Positions 1 to 11,722 of a stretch of DNA of 64,000 bases are shown piece by piece. The translations under genes and the position numbers were made by a program. The stretch is taken from assembly GCA_030390025.1 (NCBI GenBank), contig CM059428.1, positions 155,558,001-155,622,000 of the forward strand, written 5' to 3'. The notes beneath the pieces were generated by a model. That model ran no database searches, was not told the DNA's origin, and saw only the letters and a list, made by a program, of their open reading frames with translations. Origin of the DNA: Squalus acanthias. Its lineage: Eukaryota. Positions within the stretch are counted from its first letter, which is position 1. Each line of letters begins with the position of its first letter.

Positions 1-372
1 AGGTTACTACCCAGCAACTCTGAACAGTCAAAATTAAAATCTGGAATCCTGGTATTATGTTGCTTAAGATTGTAATTAGTTGCTGAATGCAGGCTTAATG
101 AGGAATATAGGTTTATTGTAAATCAGAAAACACCTCCATTGCAAAACCTGATGGCATAAAGTGGAAATTTGATATGGTGTTATTAATTTTGGAATAAGTT
201 AACCAGGCTGTGCTGTAAAGATTTGACTGGCAGTAGCACATGAATTTTTAACAGCCTCAAAGGTGCTATTTTTGGTACGTGGGTGTTGGCTAGCCTGTGC
301 TCCAGTTGGAAGTTTGTTTCAGAGCACTCTGAGCTTTAGTAGCGTGCAGGTTTGTTGCAGTAACTGCGAAGC

Positions 373-3300
373 ATGGGTTGCTGCTTCAGTAAAGAGAAAA
401 GTCCTTTGCTGGCCAACAATGTCACCGAAAAAACAAGTTTGTTAAGGAATGTAAGAAGTGAAACAGATATTGAAAACTGGATCCAGAACCCAGGGTCAAT
501 ACTTAAAGAAGTGACTGAAAATGGGGACTTGGATGAACAGGCTCACGAATATGGCAGGCTGAAGCGTGCACAAATTGTGAATGCAAGTGTGGATACTAAC
601 CAAGGATGGTTGAAGAACAGCAGGCACGTAATCTGGTTCTTGCTAACAAAGAAACCCTTCTACCATAATCAAATGTGCCTGCAGCAAGCTGAAAATCTTA
701 GAAGGAAAGTTAGTGAAGACTTCCTGACAGATGATCCTTCATCGTCAAATGTACAAACAAGGAGTCTGTGGGAGACGAGTGGTCTATCGAGGAAAAAAAT
801 CTTGGCTGTCAAAGGAAAGGAAGATCTGAAAAGAAAACGCCAAACATCAGGGAGTCCTGTTAAAATAGATGAAAAATCTGTTCGGAGGCAGAGAACTGAA
901 AATGTTATTGAAGGTGCACCGTTTGTATTAGACCGTAATCATCCAGAGGACAAGATTGTGCTCTCGCACCCCGAGGAAGAGGCTTCCTTAAATGGCGAAA
1001 ATTTGACAAGCTGCCAGATGACTTTTGAGAATTCCCACTCGCAACAGCAAGAACTGAAATGTCACTCACTCGTGGCAGAGGTTTATGCTAAAAATAACAA
1101 GACTGATGGAGTTCAATGTATTACAACACTGCATAATATACAAGAACATTTCTTGGATACCAGTAACGTGTCTGCTGAAATTTATATTAAATCTCGAACC
1201 AATGATTTTTATAGTATCTGTACAATAGATCTGGAGGATGTAGAAAATGATGACGGGGCACCTGTTTTCCCTCATCAAATTGCTTCAGATCTTTACTGTT
1301 CAGCTGTTGCAGCTGATAGAAAGCAAAGCCTAACATGGTCTGTTGATACTGCTGTGGATTTTTCAAGACACTGTCCTTTAAGTAGAGCAGCTGTGTCTGA
1401 GCAGCAGGAAGTAGTTCGAGTAGCACAAGCGATGACAGTAGAAGTAGACATTGTGAAGCAGCATGGTTTTTCCACTGAAGTATACCCTGATGAGGCACAA
1501 GCTGCTACATTACTGCTGCCAGAATCAAATGCAGCACTTTTATCTGCAGAAATGACCAAAGATGAGGCAGAAAGTCTTGATATTCATCCTAAATGTGGAA
1601 AGAGACACAGCCTTGTAAAGTCTTCACTTTCTGAGAACTTGACTGAGGTAAATGACTTCATTAGTTCAGACACTTGTGCTTCAAAATATGCAAATATTTA
1701 CAACCATGCCAAATGCTGCCATCTGTGTGAGGCAAAGCAGATAGAGACAGAGTCCCCCGCAAAACATAGCACTAATTTTGAAGTTACAGGAATTAATGAA
1801 TATCAACAATGCAAGCTCAATATGTTGGAATCCAAAAGTATGATGTATCCAAACACAGCTGTACAGCAGCTTGATGGGGTAAGAAATGGCAAAAATATTA
1901 TCTCCGACTCCTCTGTAACCAGGCAAGCAGTGCTGCCAAAGTTAAATCATTTATGGACTGTTAATTCTTCAACAGAAAAAATACCTAATTTTAACTCTAA
2001 ATCAATGTCAGACTGTTGTCTTGAAGGTGAGCTCATTCTTAGCCATTTAGTCAGTGCGCCATCTAATTTGCTGGAAACAGAGTTTACCAATCAGAAGAGT
2101 GAGACTGATGAACTGCAACAAGATCAAGCTACTAAGTTAAGTAATGTAAATGTGTTTGTGGAACCTCTGGAAGATAAATACTTGGATGTAAATTTGTTAA
2201 AGTCCTTATCCATACCTTCTGTTGGAAAACCATTTGAGCATATGAAAGCTGAAGGGAATAGTTTGAAATCCAGTTCTTGTGCCAAGTTAGATGATGTAGC
2301 TTATATCAGTAATTCTACCATTGAGGAGCAGATACTTAATCCAAGAAGCAGAGGTGACCAAAGTGGTAAACTTTCATCAGAGTGCATTGATGACATTTTG
2401 CAAGCTGACCTCAAATTGAGGGTGCCCTATGCCTCTGAAGAAACTATATTGGAAAATTCAAGACTTCACCTTTCAGCTGAACACGACGCAGTTGTTGAAG
2501 TGTATGATGATACATGTATGTGTGAGCCATTTAACATTGGCTGCAGTGCCAGTGTTGCTTTAACAGAGTTGGATGAAATCAGAAGTATTTTGCCTACTAA
2601 CGATGATAGCTGGGATTCTGTTCAGAAAGGACCAGCTGCAGAAACAAATATGAAAAACCAACAGGAAAAAGGTGAGACAAGGTATAGTGAACAAAACCAA
2701 GATTCTACTGATTTTTTAGCAGTCAATACTGAAATAAGCAGTGAAATGGATTTTGCCACCCATAATTTCTCTGATACTGTAGTAAACAGTGCAGACATCT
2801 GCCTAAAACAATATACCAACAGTCTGAAAGCTGATAAAGAAGAAAGTTTATTGAATGGAATAACTGAACAGATCCTTCCGATTCAAAATAATCTTTCTAC
2901 ACATAGGCAAATTTCATCTGCTCCAAATGCAGCACTTGGAGGTTCAGAGACACTGCAAAATATCCATCCACAGATCGAGAACAGAACTAGCTTTGTAAAT
3001 GGGCATCTCTCAGAATGTTGTAATGAAAAGACTGATGAAGACTTGAAACAAACATTTGATGCTGACTGGATTACAAATGAGTGCTACAATCCCATTTTGT
3101 GCTTGGTGCAAAATGAAGTTCCGCAAGTCGTGTTCGACACAAGCTGTAAAACCATACAGTTATTGGATAAGTCTGTGAAGAGTCCACCCACCTTTGAAAT
3201 TGAAACAAAGGAGGGGAAGTGTTCACAAGCTAATGCCCCAGCACTGGAAAAGAGTGTTCCTTTTACTAGTGCTTCAACAGGTGCGGAGGCTGTTAAATTG

Positions 3301-3843
3301 TACACATCAACAGAATCATGTGAAATGACTGTGAACAGTCTTGTAGATCCGAGTCAGATAGATCGATATGCATCAACTCCTTCATATGAAATACCTCATG
3401 TCATAGCTGGAATCTTCAGCAATGGTGATGATAAAGAGAAATGCTCATCTGATGTGCTGTGCAGAAGCAATGAGAGATGTGTGGATGTGATGGCAGTCAT
3501 TTTGAGAGAGTCTGGAGATGAACCTAAAGTAGATCACAATTTAGAACGTGACGTCTGGCCACCATGGACGATCAATCCAGAAATTGACGCAATGTTTGAA
3601 GATGTAGCTGAGAATATATTTTCTGAACAGCTGAAGATAAATGTAGACAGCCGTATGGGTTACTTATGGAACACCAACTTCTCTGGAATTATCAAAGAGA
3701 TCGGACCACAACAAAATGATGTAGTCCAATCAGTTGTATCAAAGAATGTTGCCCCCAAAAGCCTTATTGGGATGTATCCATACCACCTTTCTGTGTCCGA
3801 AACCATTGATTCTTGGAGTTGGCTCAACTACTGTGACCAGACT
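373..3843 (+). CDS. LARP4B: Giant putative alternative first coding exon of LARP4B (1157 codons): N-terminal MGCCFSK acylation motif, then a long acidic/Ser-rich, probably disordered region
   Basis: Stop-free ORF 373-3873. Strong Kozak context (aagcATGG) with an in-frame TAA at 361-363. Donor ACT|GTGAGT after 3843 is phase 0 (3471 nt), matching the phase-0 acceptor at 9317. The join to LARP4B is inferred, not observed. Confidence 0.72.
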
Positions 3844-5629
3844 GTGAGTATCTTTCAAATGACACCGATTTAATCCCACCTTTTGGCTCTGTTAAAATTG
3901 TAACTTTTGTACATGTCAGCAAATTTGCCATTTTTTAAATTTTTGGAATCACGTATGGGCCAGATGAGGCAGCTTTCATGGCTATTTTTCTGGTGCCTGC
4001 CCCTGATTGATTTATTTAATTCAAAAGTGGGATTTGAATTTGTGACCTCTGGGTTGGTAGTCCATACCATAACCACTCTGCGCTCATACCCTACAAATTA
4101 AACTTAGCAGTTTATGTTCAGAAGCAATGAGGATGGTATTTTGTCTTCCATCTTAAACACTGTCTAAAACTTCATTGTCATTTCCTTTCAATGAAACAAC
4201 AATCCAACATTCTCATTAAAATTCTTCAACTTTGATACTTTTTAGGCGTGAACAGCATTTATTTATGAAAGAACATTTAAATTTTGGACTTTTTCTTTAA
4301 TTGAAATGATCTACTTTGTATACAGTGGCATTTTAAATTTAAGTATTTCCTGTGCATAAAGAACTATAAAAAATTGTTTGAGTGCACACTCAAAAGCCAA
4401 CTAGTGTTTTCTGTTTACAGATACTGACTGACCTGTGTATTTCCATGTTTTCTGTTTCAGAATTCAAGCATTTACAGTTTCCTTTTTTGTATTTTAATAT
4501 TTTTTAAATCAGCTAGGAGCTATTTTGTTTTCTATATTCCTCCTTCAGTCTCAAAGCGCAGTCAACCTTTTGGAAAAACCTTGTTTATTAGATTTTTGTT
4601 TCTAAACTTCTCATGAATTAGAGTTGAGACTTCATCACTGCAATTTTATTTGCTTTCTCAGACTTGGATTTCACCACCAGTTTGTACTGAGTCTATTGAT
4701 GTTGGTTAGTGAAGCATTGAATTGCTGAACTTGGCCTTCATGTCCAGGGACTAGGGAAGGCAAAGAAAATCGTCCAAGATTTCCACTTGCAACAATGGAG
4801 TCATAGCTCATATTGGCACCTTCTGCTCCAACTCATTAAATTGAATCCTCAAAGTTGTTCTTGCCATTTTGTGCAGTTCCAGCATACTTATACATAATTG
4901 CATTGATTCTTGAACCCTCAATCTAAATTTGTACCGGTTTTGGTCCTCAGCTTCACATTATCCTTCATCTGTTCCTTTTAGAAACCTTGGTTGCAAGCTG
5001 GAGGATTTTCTTCATTTTCCTGCCCAACCTCATTTTCTGACCTCGTTTCTTCTGCTTGTTTGCCAATTTTTAACAGTTTCAGATTCTCTGGCCCCAATAA
5101 TTATCTCGTCACCTTGGGTGCCTGTTTTGGGTGGGTCTCGATATTTGTTGGAGTATGGTGATGCTGCTCACAGATGCAAGTAGCTTGAGTGTTTTGCCAA
5201 TATCTCATTATACCATGTCGTGTAACAATAGGGTTTGTTGTGATCTACCTGGATATAATGTATTTTGCATGTGCACTTCTCCAATCTCTTTGAAGGTAGA
5301 TTGAGAAGCACTTGGTGAGCTGAGGCCAGATACGAATCATTAAGCTACTTTATTTCACAGACAGCAAGGGAACAAACTGCAGACGCCTGTTTAAAACCTG
5401 TCTAACCATGCTTCCTTTTCTCTGTTCTTAGCCAGCGGAAGGGCTGACGCTGATGTCCCCATTAATGATTTGGCTACCCCTCTCTCTTTCTCTTCCAACG
5501 GTGTTGTTTTAAGATATATGCGGATTCTAGCTTTGCTTGTCTTTTCATAGCAGTCTCGCTTGTGGCATAATCTGAGTAACTGGAGCGCCATCAAATACAT
5601 AGAAGGCAGTTCAAAAAATATTCCCTGCA

Positions 5630-6170
5630 AGTGCAGGTAGACGAAGCCAGAAAGGCCCAGCAGCATTTTGGGATTCATAATTAGGGGCATAGAGTAAAAG
5701 AGTGAAGATGTAATAAACCTGTACAAAACCTCGGTGAGGTCACAGTAGTGTGCAAGTTTGGGCACTCCATTACAGAAAGGACATGAAAGCTGTACAGCGT
5801 AGATTCACCAGGATGATGCCAGGGATGACAAATTATAGTTATGAGGAGCGACTTGAGATACTGAGACTGTTTCCACTTGAACAGATAAAGCCAAGATATT
5901 TGTCAGATTGTTTAAAATGATGAAGGGCTTTATGGGATGAATTGGGAAAGATCACTTCCCTTTGGGATTCAGTAATGAGGGGTCATCAAATTTAAAGTTG
6001 GCACTTAGTGAGAAATTTATTTATGTAGTGGGTTGCTGGAGCATGGAATACTTCACGGGGAGTGGTTGAGGCCAAGACCATTGCATCTTTTAAGGGAACA
6101 TTGGATAAATGTTTGAATCCAAAAAAGGAACAGGGCAGAGATTAGTTTTGGAATGCTCGAGCAAAGAGTG
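5630..6170 (+). mobile_element. Decayed CR1 3' fragment
   Basis: GGGGCATAGAGTA...CTGTACAAAAC...AGATTCACCAGGATG, collinear with the CR1 ORF2 end. Confidence 0.7.
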
Positions 6171-6409
6171 TAAAGTATAATGAGGTATTTATAAATCAAC
6201 TTGCAATTATATAGTAACTCGAGTCAAAGAACACCAGGAGGGGGAGGAAGAGCTGAGCAGTGATGGATTTGGGGATATGGTTAGAGATTTTGAAGACCTG
6301 AGGTAAGTTTTCATGAGCTGTGAAGGAAGGTGACGAGGTTTTATCAACATTCCCCCAGAAGTGCAGTAGTTGTAGTGCTTGACAAGTTGGCCTCCAATAA
6401 TGGAGCAGG

Positions 6410-6720
6410 AGATGGGAATATAGGAACCAGTGTAGGCCATTCAGCTCCTCCAGCCTGTTCCATTCAATTGGATCACGGCTGATCTGCACCATTATTTTAA
6501 ATAGCTTGATTAGATCACCCCCTCAACCGTCTAAACCCAAGGAATACAAGCCAAGTTCATGCAATCTGTCTTCATAATTCAACCGTTTAAGCCCTGGTAT
6601 CATTCTGATGAATCTGCGCAGCACCCCTTCCAAGGCTGATATATATTTCCAGAGCTTTTGTTCCCAAAACTGAATGCAGTACTCCAGTGTAGTGGTGGGT
6701 AAGCTGAGCAAACCAGGGCA
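6410..6720 (-). mobile_element. CR1 fragment
   Basis: Minus-strand ORF reads LEYCIQFW...ALEGVLRRFIRMIPGLKRLNYEDRL, with a CR1 3' end at ~6412-6490. Confidence 0.8.
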
Positions 6721-7616
6721 GTACAGAATAATAGAAAAATGTCAAGTTTGTAAAAAATATCCTATGTAAATAAAGTGGATAAGGTGCTGAACTGCCATCT
6801 TAAATCATTGGTACTTATGAGCATTATGCTGATCCAAATAGTTTTTGCTAAAGTCTTCACAAATGCACCATTGCTTCTTTGCGCGTGCATGGGCACAGTG
6901 GAATAGGGTATGGAGATTTAGGCCTCAATATGACATTGAAAATTATTGTGCATCAGAGTTCTTGGTGGGGATCCCAGCCCTTGTGCTTTAGCTCGGTCTT
7001 CCGTCCTGCTGTTACTGATCCTTATGGTTTCTGTGCTTGGTGAACTTGAAGTTTTGCACATGTCGTGAATATTGTCTCTTATCGGGCACTGTCCAAAAAT
7101 AAGTCTGGAACTTTAATATTTCTGGCTGTGCACAAGTTCTACTTTCTGTTGTGAATGGAAAATTTACTATCCTTAAATTTGTGTTTGAAATTTTTGTGTG
7201 CTGCTTCTGTCGCTATAGCGGATAACAAAATGCTTGGACATTGCAACTTCAATTTGTCAGCACATGTGATGCATAGAATTGCTCAAGGCTGCAGGTTAAT
7301 TGTGACTTCAGAATTTAGTTGCATGTATTTTCTACTTACAATAATAACATCATTTGTTTTGGCTGAAAAATTTAGGAATGACTGGGTGTTGCTGTATACT
7401 TGCATTCCAAACTGGGGCAGGAGGAGCTTAGCTGAGCTTGAAATGAACATGCATCAAAGTGCAGGATAAAATAAGCAATCTTAAGTGCACGGAAATGGGA
7501 AGAAAGTTGACAAGTGCCCAGTCTCTAAAGAATTTGGAATTAAACTATTGACAAGTCATGCAGGCTAGATGTGAGAATATTTCAATTAATCTGAACAGTG
7601 TTAGCCGCCCTCTGCC

Positions 7617-7618
<2 letters not shown>

Positions 7619-7648
<30 letters not shown>
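7619..7648 (+). repeat. G30 homopolymer
   Basis: Read directly from the sequence. Confidence 0.95.
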
Positions 7649-7649
<1 letters not shown>

Positions 7650-8149
7650 GAGCAACAGGGACTATTATTTTCCTCACCAAGCTCCTTCACTTATTTGCCC
7701 TCAAACTCCCAATTCTCGCTCCTCTGGCCCTCCACTCGTCACAACCACCTTTGCCCTCGTCTCCATTTGCTGGTTCCCATACCTACTGTTGTTAACTCTG
7801 CACCCTAGGGTTGTCGATCTGGTGTGCCACTAGTTTTGTTATCCCCACCAAACCTGGGTTGACCGTGTCCAGTGTTACTGTTTTGCCCCACCCCACCCAT
7901 TTGAAAGTAAAAGAGAATTTTTTCCCTCTACATGATGGACCACCTTCACATACCCCCTTGCCCCACCTCTCCATCCTCACTCAGTGCAAGGTGCAGTATA
8001 TTTCTTTGCATCCAAGATTTGAAGCTCTGCTGCCACCTTTACTCCCCTGGCCGCACCTCTTGAGTGTCTCTTGGAATGGAGAAGAGTTGGGTCTGTGTGA
8101 GAGACAGATGCAGTATGATTGACTTGGGCATTGGGAGTGTTACATAGAA

Positions 8150-8885
8150 TGACTTCGAATTTTAACGCATAGTAACGGGCCATTCAGCCCATGCTGGTGT
8201 TTATGCTCCACATGAGCCTCCTCCCACCTTGCTTCATCGCAACCTATCAACATATCAGATTCCTTTCTCCCCCATCTACTTGTCTAACATCCCCTTAAAG
8301 GCATCTATGCTACTCGCCTCAACCACTCTGGTAGCAAGTTCCACATTTACACCACTCTGAGTAAATAAGTTTCTTCTGAATTCCTTATTGGATTTATTTG
8401 TGACTATTATTCGTGCTATTTTGGATGCTCCATTGTAGAAAACAAATTCAAGCCTTGAATAGATTACAGTGGGATTATCTAGGATAATACCAGGGAGAAG
8501 AAATGGAAGTTAAGAGAAGAGACTTGAGATATTGGGACTATTTCCACTGAAGTGGAGAAAGCTAAGAGCAGATTTAAGAGCTTTTTAAAACGGAAGGGTT
8601 TTGATGGGAAAGATTTTCCTCTAGTTGGAGAGTCGGTGATGAGTATCAGTGAGAAGAGAAGTTAGAAAAAAGTTCTTCACAAGTTTATTAGAGCATGGAA
8701 TGCTTTGCAATCACATTTTGTCTCCTCTTCCCTTAAAATATGCATTGGTCTCTGCCTGAAACATTCCTTGGGCAGAGGGAAATACAGGCAAAGAGCAGTG
8801 CAGTAGGATTAGATTTGGATCACACTAGCAGAGAGCTGGCCTGGAAAGAATGGGACACTTGGCCTTATTTGCTGTAAACCTCTGG
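8150..8885. mobile_element. Two decayed CR1 3' fragments in opposite orientation (- ~8150-8410; + ~8430-8885)
   Basis: GGGCCATTCAGCCC...GTTCCACATT...CCACTCT on the - strand; AGACTTGAGATATTGGGACT...AGAGCTGG...ATGGG on the + strand. Confidence 0.6.
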
Positions 8886-9316
8886 TTCATTGGCAGACCC
8901 ATAAGGTGCCTCAGCCCTACCCAGTGGAGCTCCGTCCATAGATTCTCTGCCTTTCCCCCCCCCCCCCCTCTGTCTTCTGAACCTATTTCTTCAACCAAAC
9001 CTTTGGTCATATCTCCCACTAAGGCTTGGTGTCTGTTACTTGCTTTCCTGTGAAGTGCCTTGCAGCACTTATTTCTGCTTTAAGGTACCAATATAAATGC
9101 AAGTTGCGGTGTCCAGTTAAAATATTTTAATATTGTCAAATGAGTACTATAACATTCTATTTTGTGCACAATTTTATAGTTGCAACACTTGCTCTAAGAT
9201 TGTAAATTTAGTGTTCACTGTTTCTGGAACAGATTTTAGCCCTGAAAATGCTTTATTTAAAAAAAAAGTAATCTGCATAGCAGTCTTTAAGTGGAACATG
9301 TTTTTTGCTTTGGTAG

Positions 9317-9452
9317 GAGTCGGCCAAGGTTTCAGAGCTGAATCCTAATGCCAAAGTATGGGCAAATCACGTGCTAAATCTGGATGCTGCTGCGAGCAAT
9401 GCCTGTGAACCTTGGGAAGAACAATTGGGGGCTCCTGATACTTGCCCAGAAG
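9317..9452 (+). CDS. LARP4B: LARP4B exon with the PAM2w motif (ESAKVSELNPNAKVWANHVL...CPEG)
   Basis: tag|GAG acceptor, G|gtatgg donor, phase 0 to 1. SELNPNAKVW matches the LARP4-family variant PAM2 (SELNPNAEVW in human LARP4B). Confidence 0.95.
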
Positions 9453-9624
9453 GTATGGAATTCTCTAGTGATTTTTCTTAATTTATATTTTATTCCAAAA
9501 GAATTCTCTTTCAGACCTATATACTAACATGGCCAGCTGGTATCTTTAGAAATAACCAAAGAAATTAACCTCTGATTTGTCACGCTGCTTGTCAGACATC
9601 CTGCATTAGATGAGCAGAAATTTC

Positions 9625-10450
9625 CTCCCAACTAAATACTGGGAATACCAAAGCCATTGTCTTTGGTCCCCGCCTCAAACTCCGTTCCCTAGCTACCAGC
9701 TCTATCTTCCCCCTGGCCACTGATTGAGGCTGAACCAGACTGTTCGCAATCATGGCCTACTATTTGACCCTGAGATGAGCTTCTGACCCCAGATCTGCTC
9801 CATCACTGAGACCGCCTACTTCTACCTCCATTACCCCCCCCCCCCCCCCACCCTCCTGCGTCAGCACACTTGCTGCTGAAACCAAATCTATATCTTCTAC
9901 TGCTAAATGTGACTATTCTAATGCTCTCCTGGCAAGCCTCCCACCTTACACTCTCTGTAAACATGAGCTCTTCCAAAACTCTGCTGCCCATATCCTAACT
10001 AGCATTAAGTCTCATTCACCCATCGCCCATGCGCTCACTAGCCAACATTAGCTCCCAGTCCGGCAACGCCTTGATTTTACAATTCTCATCTTTGTTTTCA
10101 AATCCCTCCATGGGCCTCGCTGTAATCTCTGTAATCTCCTCCAGCCCTACAACCCTTTGAGATCTCTACGCTGCTCCAATTCTGGCCTCGTGTATCGCCG
10201 ATTTTCTTCACTCCACCATTGGCGGCCGTGCTTGCAGCTGCCCAGGCCTTAAGCTCTGGAATTCCCTCCGTAAACCCCTCTGCTTCTCTGCCTCCTTTAA
10301 GAAGCTCCTTAAAACCTACCTCTTTGACAAAGCTTTTGGTCACCTGTCTTAATCTCTTTGTGGCCCGGTGTGTAAAATTTTGATAATCACGTGCCTTGGG
10401 ACGTTTTACTACATTAAAGGTGCTATATAAATGCAAGTGGTTGTTATGTA
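9625..10450 (+). mobile_element. L2-clade LINE 3' fragment
   Basis: GACTATTCTAATGCTCTCCTGGC, CTCTGGAATTCCCTCC, CTTAAAACCTACCTCTTTGAC, and tail AAAGGTGCTATATAAATGCAAGT. Confidence 0.8.
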
Positions 10451-10597
10451 ACACTGACTTTGATTATGGCCGCTTCAGTGCTTTGGCAGTGGCGGAAACT
10501 AAATGAGTGACAGAATTCGTAGGCCGAGCAGACTAACTCCCATTGTATTTTGAATCAAATGTGGGGAGACTAGAGAAGCTGGGATTGCCTTTCTTAC

Positions 10598-11110
10598 AGA
10601 AGAACATATGAAATAGGAGTAGGCCATACGGCCCTTCGAGCATGTTCCGCCATTCAGTAAGATCATGGCTGAACTTCAACATCAACTCCACTTTTCCGCC
10701 CTATCACCATATCCCTTGATTCCCATAGTGCCCAAAAATCTGTCGATCTCAGTCTTGAATACACTCATCGACTGAGCATCCACTGCACACTGGGGTAGAG
10801 AATTCCAAAGATTCACAACCCTCCAAGTAAAAACAAAATTCTCCATCTCAGTCCTAAATGGCCGACCCCTTATCCTGAGACTATGACCCCGAGATCTAGA
10901 CTGTCCAACAAGGGGAAACAGCCTCTCTGCATCTACCCTGTCAAGGCCTCTAAAAATGTTACACCTTTCAATGAGATCATCTCTCATTCTTCTAAACTCC
11001 AGAGAACATAGGCCCATTTCTGTTCAATCTCTCCTCATGGGACAACCTTCTCATCCAGGAATCAATCGAGTGAAACTTTGTTGCACCCCCTCCAAGGCAA
11101 GTATATCCTT
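10598..11110 (-). mobile_element. CR1 3' fragment, apparently inserted into a + strand CR1 fragment
   Basis: Minus-strand ORF reads GLCSLEFRRMRDDLIE...GHSLRIRGRPFRTEM...WNSLPQ. The host copy starts at ~10567 and resumes at ~11111. Confidence 0.88.
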
Positions 11111-11434
11111 TTGAGCAGAGAAGGTTAAGGGGAGATTTAAAATTGAGGGGTTTTGATAGAGTAGAAGGGGCGAAGCTTTTTCCACTGGCAGGAGGGTCGG
11201 TAACCAGAGGAGACAGATATAATATAATTGGCAAAAAAACCAGTGGAGATGCGATGTTTGTTTACGCAGAGAGTTATGATTTGAAAGGATGGTGGCAGCA
11301 GATTAAATAGGAACTTTCAAAGGGGAATTGGATATATACTTGAAAGTAGTGGGACTAAATGGATAGCTCTTCAAAGAGCTGGCACGGACACGATGATGGG
11401 CCGAATGACCACCTTCTGTGCTGTATGATTCTAT
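11111..11434 (+). mobile_element. CR1 3' fragment
   Basis: GAGCAGAGAAGGTTAAGGGGAGATTT...GATGGGCCGAATGACC...CTGTGCTGTATGATTCTAT. Confidence 0.8.
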
Positions 11435-11557
11435 AAAATCTCAAGCATTTGGTGGGGGGGGGGGGGGAGAATGAAGAGAATCGTAAAAAATGAAATTCTT
11501 ACTCTTGTAATTTGACGTAACTTACTGTAAAAATTAATACTGCTTTGTGGTTGACAG

Positions 11558-11722
11558 GGTTTGAGACCAATGGTGATGCTGGCAAGCCATTTCAAAGTCC
11601 ATCACAGGAGTCCTCTCTGACAGTTCCTTCCTCTGAGCAACCAGATCTGGATGCTGTAACACTCCAGTGCTCTGATTCTTTCTATTCAGAGTATGAGACA
11701 ATGCACGGAACCAGACAGACAG
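11558..11722 (+). CDS. LARP4B: LARP4B exon (GFETNGDAGKP...SEYETMHGTRQT)
   Basis: cag|GG acceptor, G|gtaaaa donor, phase 1 to 1, 165 nt. NGD and SEY motifs align with the human LARP4B N-terminal region. Confidence 0.88.

Noticed and set aside
1066-3305. Antisense ORFs overlapping the giant exon
   Set aside because: They are short, have no recognisable motifs, and are expected shadows of a long sense ORF.
7558-7833. Poly-Gly ORFs in three frames
   Set aside because: They are an artefact of the G30 homopolymer.
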